Shown here one piece after another: positions 1-7,782 of a stretch of 64,000 bases of DNA. The stretch is from Candidatus Levybacteria bacterium RIFCSPHIGHO2_02_FULL_40_18 (GTDB taxonomy: Bacteria; Patescibacteriota; Microgenomatia; Levybacterales; GWA1-39-11): positions 251,909 through 315,908 of the forward strand of contig MFOC01000007.1 of assembly GCA_001782235.1 (NCBI GenBank). The letters run 5' to 3'. Position numbers and translations under genes: made by a program. The notes below the pieces were generated by a model. It was not told the origin of the DNA, did no database searches, and saw nothing but the letters and a program-made list of their open reading frames with translations. Numbering within the stretch: position 1 is the stretch's first letter; every line of letters starts with the position of its first letter.

Positions 1-532
1 TATCTTTCGCCTTTATGGCGGACAACTTGACTGCTCTCTCCAAAGCAGGGCCGAAGTTCTCGCCTAGCATGTCGTTCCAGCCAGGAGTGGAGTTGTTTGC
101 GTCTCCGGACACGTCCTTGCTGCTTGCGCAGCGGTATTTGAAGCAGACGTTATAGAAGTTGCGCATGGCAGTTTCGGACTGGTTGAGGGTCCAATAAGCC
201 GTCACCGCCAACTCAATCTGCACTCCCGATTTGGTGGTCGCCGTAATCAGCTGAGTGCGGTCGCCTACAACGTTTCCGTTGGCATCCGTCACTGTCCCGT
301 CGCTGACGATGTAGTTCCGCGAGTTGCACGGAATAAAGGAGACGTCCTCGTTGTCGCCCTTGTCGACCTTCTGACCCTGGTACTCAATCCGGTGCAGTTT
401 GGAGTCGCGGCCTTTCGCGCCGTCTCCGACTACGAAGGCACAACTTGCGGTTGTAGTCGACGTATCAGTGCAGGCGAGGAGAAGCAGAGCAACTGCAAGT
501 ACAGCCACTACCACTATCGCTGACCTAAGCAT
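1..532 (-). CDS. putative lipoprotein, N-terminal portion; gene runs off window start
   Basis: Minus-strand frame open from the ATG (530-532) to position 1. GGAGGA sits 5 nt upstream of the ATG. N-terminus MLRSAIVVVAVLAVALLLLAC is a signal peptide plus lipobox Cys. About 60% GC. Not in the ORF track because there is no in-window stop. Confidence 0.5.
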   Translation of the reverse strand, partial: MLRSAIVVVAVLAVALLLLACTDTSTTTASCAFVVGDGAKGRDSKLHRIEYQGQKVDKGDNEDVSFIPCNSRNYIVSDGTVTDANGNVVGDRTQLITATTKSGVQIELAVTAYWTLNQSETAMRNFYNVCFKYRCASSKDVSGDANNSTPGWNDMLGENFGPALERAVKLSAIKAKD

Positions 533-558
533 TGTATTCCTCCTTCGACTATTCGTGC

Positions 559-1860
559 TTAGTTCTGCACGGCAGGAACAGACCTGGCGATTTCCAGAGG
601 CGCCTCCTGAGCGGCTTCTCGGGCAAGTTCGAGCACGTGCTCGATCTGCGCCTGGTTTACCCTCTGGGTAGCCGCATCGATTACCTCCTTGCCCGTGATC
701 ATCGCCTGCTCGAGCTCGAGCCTCTTCTGCTGACCGAGTTCGATAGCCTGAACGATTCCGTCGGCCTGCGCCGCCAGAGACTCGCTCCATGCCACTACGG
801 TGCGGGGGTCCAGAGCCGGCGTCGCCAGCGCGTTTGCTATCATCGGCACGGTGGCCTTTGCAGCATTTGCGAACAAGGTCAGCACCTGGTTGTAGGTATC
901 CTCGACGGCCGCGTTGAACTGTAGCGCCTGTTCGGCGTCACCCAACGTGAGCCAGATAAGGATAGTTCCTTTCATGGTCGGGATCGTGATGTCGACGGTC
1001 TGGTCAATCCGGGCTGACAGACCCACTTGGACTACTCGCATGTTGCGAGTCTGCGGGGCCATAGCCCATGCAACCCAGAGCCGTCCCTTGAACGCGATGA
1101 TCCTGTTCTCAAGAAGCGTGACGAGCTCCGAAATCCGAGCCTGCTCTTCGCCGCCGCGGTCTCCCATGTTGGAATCGCCGACAACGATGCTGTCAGCCTG
1201 CTCGGCAGCCAAGTCGCGGATGATCTCCATGACGCCGATCTTGTAGATCAGCTTGTTGATCTCCTGCTCATTGAGCTTATAGAACTCGTCGTAGTAGGCT
1301 ACATTCCTGAGCAGCTGCTCCTGTTTGCCATCGAGTTTTTCGATGACCCAGTCGCACTGCTCCTCGAGTCCGCGGATATCGTCGAGGAACTCCTCGAGGA
1401 ATGTCCTGCCGAGACGGAAGATGCCCAGGAAGCGGCCCTTAGCCTTCTTGTACTTCTCGAGTGCTTTGGGGTCGCTGGGGTCGTACCTGCGGCCAATACC
1501 GCGCATACGCCGGGAAAGATCCCTCATGGCGTCACTCAGCTCCGGAATGTCGATAGGGTGGCGCTCGCTAAGCATCCGGTCGTTTAACCGGTTGATTGAC
1601 TCGAGCGCATCGTTTCCGAAGACCGCCAACACTTGAGTGTTGGACAACATCTTCGGTAGGACATCCGTAGCTTCTGCCTGTGCCCTGACGAGAGTGTCGC
1701 CTTCCAGTAATTGCCGGCAAACGAGCAGTTCTCGCTTCTGAGGGCTAACAGACAGAGCAGAAAGCTCTGTTACTTGCGAAGTCGGTCGGGGCTCCGCCGG
1801 AATGGTGGCCGCAAACTGCGGGGACACTACGATGGTGGGTTGGGTCGGCTGTTGAGTCAT
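559..1860 (-). CDS. TelA-like toxic anion resistance family protein
   Basis: 433-aa ORF in the high-GC block. Predicted to be mostly helical, and its length and pattern are typical of TelA/KlaA (YaaN-like) proteins. Assigned from recalled family resemblance, not from an alignment. Confidence 0.5.
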   Translation of the reverse strand: MTQQPTQPTIVVSPQFAATIPAEPRPTSQVTELSALSVSPQKRELLVCRQLLEGDTLVRAQAEATDVLPKMLSNTQVLAVFGNDALESINRLNDRMLSERHPIDIPELSDAMRDLSRRMRGIGRRYDPSDPKALEKYKKAKGRFLGIFRLGRTFLEEFLDDIRGLEEQCDWVIEKLDGKQEQLLRNVAYYDEFYKLNEQEINKLIYKIGVMEIIRDLAAEQADSIVVGDSNMGDRGGEEQARISELVTLLENRIIAFKGRLWVAWAMAPQTRNMRVVQVGLSARIDQTVDITIPTMKGTILIWLTLGDAEQALQFNAAVEDTYNQVLTLFANAAKATVPMIANALATPALDPRTVVAWSESLAAQADGIVQAIELGQQKRLELEQAMITGKEVIDAATQRVNQAQIEHVLELAREAAQEAPLEIARSVPAVQN

Positions 1861-1883
1861 GTCGGTACTCCTTTAGCTTGTGG

Positions 1884-2879
1884 TCAGCGATATCGCTGGG
1901 CCTGCAGAATGTTGGTGTTAACCCTGAAGTCAAAAAGATCTTCGGCACTGCCGCGCCTGATCGACTCCAGGACGTACTCGGAGAAGTCGGTGATTGACTC
2001 CTTTCCCCTCTGTAGCTCTTCGCCCCAATTGGTGTAGTAGCGCGGATTGTCCTGGACATCGGCATACTTAGCCAGGACTTGAGCGACCTCATTCAAGCGG
2101 TCTCTAAAGAAAAGGGAATCCCTCTTCTTATCCTTACTACTTGAGGAGAAGTATCTCTCGATATCCACACACAGCTGGTAGAGCGCATCTTTGAGCTCCG
2201 AGTCTTTGATCTGCCAGCGTTCTCTTACGATTTTCGCGAGCAGTTCCTTGACTTGGTCGGGTGCTCTGAAGCGCGTTTTTTCCGTGCTAGACTCTGTTTC
2301 CTGGCTGGCGACAACCGCAAGAACTGCGATGACGACGAGCACAATGACGACAGCAATGCCTAGCCATACGAACCACGACAGACCTCCTTTCTCAGGTGAA
2401 TCGAGCGGCGGAGGGTTTAATTGGGGATTCTCCCTCTGCCAGATGTGCATGTTCTGCACGAACGTGCCCAGTGTCGTCACCGGATCGTTAGAGACGCTTC
2501 TTGCGCGCCTCATTTGATCGGCAGCAACTCCTGCAGGTAGAGTTGGCGCATATCCTACCACATTGTTGCCTACCGCAAGTCCGATGATTCGCCGGTTTCC
2601 CAGCTCTTCGGACAGGCGACTTGCAATTGTGGTGATATCCGCTCCAAGACTTGATTCTGCCGCAGCCGGTAGCATAACCAAGACGATGTTGTCGTCTTTG
2701 TTGAGCCTTTCCTGCAATTTGCCGGCTGTGTCTTTGTCAGTCCCTTCGGTGCCGGGAGCCACGTAGACGGGCGCATTCTTTAAAGCCTGCGCTGCGTCTG
2801 TGATGTAGTCGGCAAAGACTACGTGGGGCGCTAAAAGAGCCAGAACTGCTAAAGCAACGGCTTTAGCTATGTGCTTCAT
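1884..2879 (-). CDS. membrane protein adjacent to TelA: signal peptide, exported domain, one TM helix, cytoplasmic C-terminal domain
   Basis: 331-aa ORF with N-terminal signal-like segment (AVALAVLALLAPHVVFA) and a central hydrophobic helix (WFVWLGIAVVIVLVVIAVLAVVA). Tightly linked to the TelA-like gene on the same strand. A possible XpaC/TPM-like relationship is not verified. Confidence 0.4.
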   Translation of the reverse strand: MKHIAKAVALAVLALLAPHVVFADYITDAAQALKNAPVYVAPGTEGTDKDTAGKLQERLNKDDNIVLVMLPAAAESSLGADITTIASRLSEELGNRRIIGLAVGNNVVGYAPTLPAGVAADQMRRARSVSNDPVTTLGTFVQNMHIWQRENPQLNPPPLDSPEKGGLSWFVWLGIAVVIVLVVIAVLAVVASQETESSTEKTRFRAPDQVKELLAKIVRERWQIKDSELKDALYQLCVDIERYFSSSSKDKKRDSLFFRDRLNEVAQVLAKYADVQDNPRYYTNWGEELQRGKESITDFSEYVLESIRRGSAEDLFDFRVNTNILQAQRYR

Positions 2880-3340
2880 CCCGTCCTCTCCTTTCTCTTC
2901 GGCTTTTGCCGAAAGCTAGGGTCTTTTGTTCGAAGAAATCTTCGATCAAGGACCTAAGTTCATACTTAATGCGATTCTGCTTCTCCTTAATTTGCTATCC
3001 ATTTTTAATCTTTCTCCTTGTTTTTTATTTGCCTAAGGCAATCCGATCCCGATTTCTGTCAGGACGAGAGTGCCGTAGGCAAGATTCGCTCTAGCTTTTG
3101 AGCGAAGTTCAAGAAGATTCCACAGTCAAATTGTCAAAGAGCAACTTTAAGCGATTTAAACTTAAGCAATTTTAGTTTTGGCGCTTAAAGACAAATATAT
3201 TGTATTTAAAATCAGCAAGCTTTTCAGTTCTTTTGAGAACTATTGAACGTGCTGACAGTAACAGTGGATTATATCCAAAACAGGATAAAGAATCAAATAT
3301 TATAGGGTAATACTTTTACTTTCCGGGGGATTTCTGTAAG

Positions 3341-3369
3341 TTGACCTATTGTTTGGGTTCTGTTAAAAT
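3341..3369 (+). promoter_or_regulatory. sigma70-like promoter upstream of nusA leader
   Basis: TTGACC (3341-3346), 17-nt spacer, then TGT-TAAAAT extended -10 (3361-3369). Confidence 0.5.
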
Positions 3370-3388
3370 TAGGGCGGTTTTGAGTTTA

Positions 3389-3417
3389 AAGAGGTGGTCT
3401 TGGAACCACCTTTTTTA
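3389..3417 (+). terminator. intrinsic terminator-like hairpin in the nusA leader (possible attenuator)
   Basis: AGGTGGT-cttgga-ACCACCT stem-loop followed by TTTTTT, about 20 nt after the predicted transcription start and 40 nt before the nusA ATG. Confidence 0.5.
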
Positions 3418-3455
3418 TACTTAATACATAATACTTAGTACTTAATACTAAAAAT

Positions 3456-4541
3456 ATGGCAGTTGTACAAAGATCGGAATTTGCGTTAGCTTTAAATCAA
3501 ATAGCCTCGGAACGAGGCGTCGATCCTTCTATTGTGCTTGAAACAATGAAGGGCGCAATTTTGGCTGCCTATAGAAAGGATAATGTTGTCCCGGACGAAG
3601 ACCTCGAAAAATATTCGGTTGAATTGAATGAAAACACGGGCGAGACAAAGATTTTAAAAGAAGGAAAGGATGTTACGCCCCCCGGATTTGGAAGAATTGC
3701 AGCCCAAACCGCAAAACAAGTATTGCTTCAGAAAATTCGCGAGCGTGAGAAGGATGCAATAATCGATGAGTATTCAAAGAGAATTGGGACGGTTGTAAAT
3801 GGAATGATCCTGCGATTTATAGGCCCTGCGATTGTTGTTGATATTGGAAAAGCAGAGGCCGTTATTTCGCCGGCTGATAAAATCCTAAACGAACAATACT
3901 TTCTTAATAAAAAGATGTCGGTATATATTAAGGAAATAGATGAGGAGAGGCGGGAGATCATGGTATCAAGATCCGATCCGAGGCTAATTGAAGGGTTACT
4001 CCGACGCGAGGTGCCGGAGGTCAATTCTGGCGCAGTTACCATCAAAAAAGTTGTTCGCGAGCCGGGAAATCGAGCAAAAATTGCAGTTTATTCGGAGCAG
4101 TCAGGTATTGATCCGGTTGGGTCATGCGTTGGGCAAAAAGGTGTTCGTATTCAGGCAGTAATCGATGCTTTGGACGGCCTAGAGAAGATTGATGTGATTC
4201 AGTGGAATCCTGATCCTCTGAAGTTTATAACCAACGCGCTTTCTCCTGCAAAAAATCTTACAGTTGAAATTGATGAAGAAACAAAAACCGCAAGAGTGCG
4301 CGCGCCTCGTGAAGAATTGCCGCTAATCATTGGCCGAGAGGGACAGAATGTTCGTTTGGCATCGAAATTGAGTGAATATAATATTGAAGTTGAAGGAGAC
4401 GAATCTATGACAATACAGGATTCGGGGCAAGCTGAGGAGCCCACTGAGGACAAAAAGACAAAAAACGAAACTCCTAAGACTAGAAAATCCAAGAAGACAA
4501 AAACAAAAGAAGATGATTCCGAACAGGGGAAAAGTGAATAA
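3456..4541 (+). CDS. nusA: transcription termination/antitermination factor NusA
   Basis: 361 aa. N-terminal NusA domain followed by S1/KH-like regions. Conserved position upstream of infB. Confidence 0.85.
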   Translation: MAVVQRSEFALALNQIASERGVDPSIVLETMKGAILAAYRKDNVVPDEDLEKYSVELNENTGETKILKEGKDVTPPGFGRIAAQTAKQVLLQKIREREKDAIIDEYSKRIGTVVNGMILRFIGPAIVVDIGKAEAVISPADKILNEQYFLNKKMSVYIKEIDEERREIMVSRSDPRLIEGLLRREVPEVNSGAVTIKKVVREPGNRAKIAVYSEQSGIDPVGSCVGQKGVRIQAVIDALDGLEKIDVIQWNPDPLKFITNALSPAKNLTVEIDEETKTARVRAPREELPLIIGREGQNVRLASKLSEYNIEVEGDESMTIQDSGQAEEPTEDKKTKNETPKTRKSKKTKTKEDDSEQGKSE

Positions 4542-4571
4542 CATGAAAGGTTCGGATTCTAAAAAAATAAT

Positions 4572-6089
4572 ATGGATAAAAAAAACAAAAATCAAACCCT
4601 TCAATCGGACTCAGGGCAAGCAAATGAATTTGCCCCGGTCGTTTCTGTATTAGGTCACGTTGATCACGGCAAAACGAGCCTATTGGATAAAATTCGTGAA
4701 ACTCAGATTGCAGCAAAAGAGCATGGCGGAATTACGCAAAAGATAGGCGCCTCACAAATCGAAATAAAACACGAGGGCAAACTTCGCAAAATCACTTTTA
4801 TCGACACTCCTGGCCATGAGGCCTTCTCAAACATGCGCTCGCAAGGTGTAAATGCCGCGGACATAGCGCTTCTTGTGATCGCGGCAGACGATGGGATAAA
4901 ACCCCAGACAAAAGAGTCAATAGAGAAAATAATTGAGGCAAAGCTCCCTTACATTGTAGTTTTCACAAAAATTGATCTTGAGACCGCAAATATTGAACGG
5001 GTTAAGCAAGGGATCGTGAAGGAAGGAATTTTGCTTGAAGGCCTGGGTGGAAATGTTCCATATATTGGGGTATCTGCAAAAACCGGCGAGAAAATTGGCG
5101 ATCTGCTGGATTTAATAGTACTGGTTTATGATCTTTCAGGAATAAAAAAAGATGAAAATGCGGATTTTGAAAGCGTTGCTGTTGACGCAAAGCTTGATAA
5201 AAAAAGAGGGGTCGTCGCTACAATTGTCGTAAAATCCGGAACTTTAAGAATCGCCGATAAAATATTTGCACATGGGCGTGAAATCGGAAAAGTCAGAGCG
5301 ATTATTGACACATTTGGTAAAAACGTCAAAGAAGCCGCTCCAGGTGACGCGGTCGAGCTTCTTGGCTTATCGGAGGTTCTGCCATCGGGTACAGTTATTT
5401 CAAACAAGCAAATTGAGCCTCAAGTTCGGGAAGAAACCCTTAAGCCGGTTGCTAAAACCCCGGTAGATATTCGCGAGTTTTTAAAATCCCGTGATCAGGA
5501 TTTTGTGCCGATCGTTTTAAAGACGGAAACAAGCGCAGAGATGGAAGCGATCAAAAATTCCCTTCCCTCAACCCCGATTGGATCGGGGTCAAAAATTAAG
5601 GTGATTTATGAAGGTCAGGGAGACGTAGCGGTTTCAGACGTGTTGCTAGCCAAAGATTTTTCCGCATTAATTATCGGATTTAACGTAGGTATAAATTCCG
5701 ACGCAAAGTTTTTGGCAGAGAGCGAACATGTTTTTAACAAGTCCTATCGAGTTATCTATGAACTGCTTGACGAGCTTTCGCAATTAATTGTTGCAGTAGG
5801 TACAAAGGAACAGGAAAAAGAATTAGGTAGAGGAACAATTCTTGCCTCGTTTTTAGGAACAACTGGTCCAATTTTAGGTACAAAAGTAACTTTTGGGAGG
5901 CTTGCTGTCGGAGATAAAATAAGGATAGCTCGTGGTGAAAAAGTGCTAGGAGAGGCTTCGATAATATCAATAAAAAAAGGGAAAGAAGACATAAAATTGG
6001 CCTCAAAGAATGACGAATGCGGCATAATGATAAGGCCTGAAGTTGACTTTGCAAAAGACGATGCTATAATAGCCTATAGCAAGACGTAG
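4572..6089 (+). CDS. infB: translation initiation factor IF-2 (short form)
   Basis: GTPase G1 motif [14 protein letters not shown] and DTPGHEAF. Follows nusA. Confidence 0.85.
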   Translation: MDKKNKNQTLQSDSGQANEFAPVVSVLGHVDHGKTSLLDKIRETQIAAKEHGGITQKIGASQIEIKHEGKLRKITFIDTPGHEAFSNMRSQGVNAADIALLVIAADDGIKPQTKESIEKIIEAKLPYIVVFTKIDLETANIERVKQGIVKEGILLEGLGGNVPYIGVSAKTGEKIGDLLDLIVLVYDLSGIKKDENADFESVAVDAKLDKKRGVVATIVVKSGTLRIADKIFAHGREIGKVRAIIDTFGKNVKEAAPGDAVELLGLSEVLPSGTVISNKQIEPQVREETLKPVAKTPVDIREFLKSRDQDFVPIVLKTETSAEMEAIKNSLPSTPIGSGSKIKVIYEGQGDVAVSDVLLAKDFSALIIGFNVGINSDAKFLAESEHVFNKSYRVIYELLDELSQLIVAVGTKEQEKELGRGTILASFLGTTGPILGTKVTFGRLAVGDKIRIARGEKVLGEASIISIKKGKEDIKLASKNDECGIMIRPEVDFAKDDAIIAYSKT

Positions 6090-6167
6090 GAAGTTAGGAC
6101 TAAAGGAATTAGTGATTAAGATTTTGACTGATTACTTTAGTCTTTTATTCTTTTAATCTTAAGAGAT

Positions 6168-7151
6168 ATGGGTAGTTCATTAATTACAAACCAAAAAGAG
6201 AAAATTCGGGAGCTTATTGATTCTTCCGAAAGTATCGGTATTATAGTTTCGGAAAATCAAAATATTGATACGGTGGCCGCAGCGCTCGGTCTGTATCTTT
6301 CTCTCTCATCAAACGGCAAGAATGTTCAAATTGTTTCAAAAAAAGAACCGACAGTCGAGGTTTCAAGCCTGGTTGGGGTTGACAAAATTTCAAAGACTTT
6401 TGCCGGTAACATAAAGATCTTAACAATCTCGGTTCCATATCGGGAGGGCGAGATAGAAAAAGTCTCATACAATATTGAAGACACAAGACTTAACGTTAAT
6501 TTGTTCGCCGAAACTTCAGGAATCACATTCAATGAAAGCGAAATTCAATATATAAGAAAAGGCTCGGCTCCTTCTCTTGTGATAACTTTAGGAGTAATAG
6601 ATGAATCTGAGCTTCTGGGACTTTTGGATCTTAAAAGTGTTAAAAGTATTCATATTGATCGAAATCCCTTGAATGCAATGCAGGGAGACGTTGTAATTAT
6701 TGATCCTTCCTTTTCTTCATTATCTGAAATTGTAACAGAGCTTATAACTGAGCTTAATCTTGGCCATGATATTGATTCGTTCCAGAATTTAATGGATGGT
6801 ATAACCTACGCGACCCGCAATTTCACTCTTCCCGCGACAAGTCCGTTTGCATTTGAAATGGCAGGATTTTTACTTCAGAACGGAGCAAGGAGAAAAGAAA
6901 AAGGCGAAAGACGTGAGGAGCGCGAAAGAAACTTCCCCCAAGAATCGCATTTCCTTCAGACAAGAGGTGCCGGCAGATCTGATTTTAGACAAAATCGTCC
7001 GCAGGCAGGAAGACCTCAAACTGCCCAAGATCCATTCGCGAGCACTAAAAATATTGAGCAAGTTGAGAGTGTTGAAGGTACTGGAACCGGCGAAATTCCG
7101 GAAGATTGGTTTCTTCCTAAAGTCTTCAAAGGCTCCCGAAAAGGCAACTAA
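6168..7151 (+). CDS. DHH-domain (NrnA-like) protein with degenerate catalytic motifs and an Arg/Glu-rich C-terminal tail
   Basis: 327 aa. Layout resembles the DHH domain of NrnA, but the DHH and PDxD positions are replaced (IDR, SENQNIDT). No DHHA1 domain. Low-complexity RRKEKGERREERER tail. Sits in the operon position where Actinobacteria carry a DHH phosphoesterase. Confidence 0.35.
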   Translation: MGSSLITNQKEKIRELIDSSESIGIIVSENQNIDTVAAALGLYLSLSSNGKNVQIVSKKEPTVEVSSLVGVDKISKTFAGNIKILTISVPYREGEIEKVSYNIEDTRLNVNLFAETSGITFNESEIQYIRKGSAPSLVITLGVIDESELLGLLDLKSVKSIHIDRNPLNAMQGDVVIIDPSFSSLSEIVTELITELNLGHDIDSFQNLMDGITYATRNFTLPATSPFAFEMAGFLLQNGARRKEKGERREERERNFPQESHFLQTRGAGRSDFRQNRPQAGRPQTAQDPFASTKNIEQVESVEGTGTGEIPEDWFLPKVFKGSRKGN

Positions 7152-7157
7152 CCCAAG

Positions 7158-7301
7158 ATAATAGTTATAAGAAAATAGAAATTAGTAATAGAAAATGCCT
7201 GCCTGCCGGCAGGCAGGGAGAATAGAAAATAGTTAAACAAAAAAAACAAATTTCCAATTTCTAATTTCCATTACTATTTTCCAATATCTAACAACCAATT
7301 T
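7158..7301. repeat. MITE-like inverted-repeat element, copy A (carries the nested 20-nt palindrome)
   Basis: Shares the arms GAAAATAG..GAAATTAGTAATGGAAA and CCAATTTCCAATATCTAATTTCCATTAC with copies at 18014, 41558 and 44491. Confidence 0.6.
7198..7217. repeat. 20-nt perfect GC-rich palindrome CCTGCCTGCCGGCAGGCAGG (copy 1)
   Basis: Identical to 10195-10214. Here it sits inside the MITE-like element. Confidence 0.8.
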
Positions 7302-7325
7302 CTGATTGAATTTTGGATTTGATTT

Positions 7326-7334
7326 TGGTAAAAT
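7326..7334 (+). promoter_or_regulatory. extended -10 (TGG-TAAAAT) upstream of rpsO
   Basis: TGnTAAAAT motif that recurs before many genes in this window. An 88-nt leader with direct repeats follows. Confidence 0.4.
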
Positions 7335-7421
7335 ACAAACTCAGCGTCTAGTAAGGAGCGTCTAGGGTCTAGTTTAAATAAAAACTGAACGCTAAACGCT
7401 AGCTACTAAACGCTTCGAAAT

Positions 7422-7691
7422 ATGGCTTTGAATGCTGATGAAAAGAAAAAAATAATTTCCGAGTTTGCAACAGTTAAGGGCGATACAGGAAGTCCCGAGG
7501 TTCAAATTGCACTTTTGACTCAGCAAGTTCAAAAACTTACAGAACATTTGAAGCTCCATCAAAAAGATACTCATTCAAGGCGCGGACTCCTTAACATGCT
7601 GTCAAAAAGAAGAAGATTATTTAACTTCTTAATCAGAATGGATAAAGATCGGGGAGAAGGAATTGCAAAGAAAGTAGGAATGGCCGCGTAG
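7422..7691 (+). CDS. rpsO: 30S ribosomal protein S15
   Basis: 89 aa, typical S15 sequence. Conserved rpsO-pnp pairing. Confidence 0.9.
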   Translation: MALNADEKKKIISEFATVKGDTGSPEVQIALLTQQVQKLTEHLKLHQKDTHSRRGLLNMLSKRRRLFNFLIRMDKDRGEGIAKKVGMAA

Positions 7692-7782
7692 ATAGATCAT
7701 AGATCATAGATTTTAGATCTTAGATCATAGTAAATACAAAAACTAAATCTAAAAAGAGCCACAAAAGTCCCGAAAAAAATTA

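Noticed and set aside
914-1636. Several 65-186-aa ORFs on the plus strand inside the TelA-like gene (914-1246, 1027-1587, 1325-1636) and 1299-1496 on the minus strand
   Set aside because: They are antisense to or embedded in a longer, better-supported gene in ~60% GC DNA, where long spurious frames are expected. Their products are low-complexity and Ser/Arg-rich.
2906-3094. 62-aa ORF in the junction region between the high-GC block and the nusA promoter
   Set aside because: Low-complexity hydrophobic product with no start context. The region is better explained as divergent promoter and intergenic DNA.
7692-7750. Short-word tandem repeats in spacers considered as CRISPR arrays
   Set aside because: Units are only 5-8 nt, are contiguous without unique spacers, and no cas genes are present.
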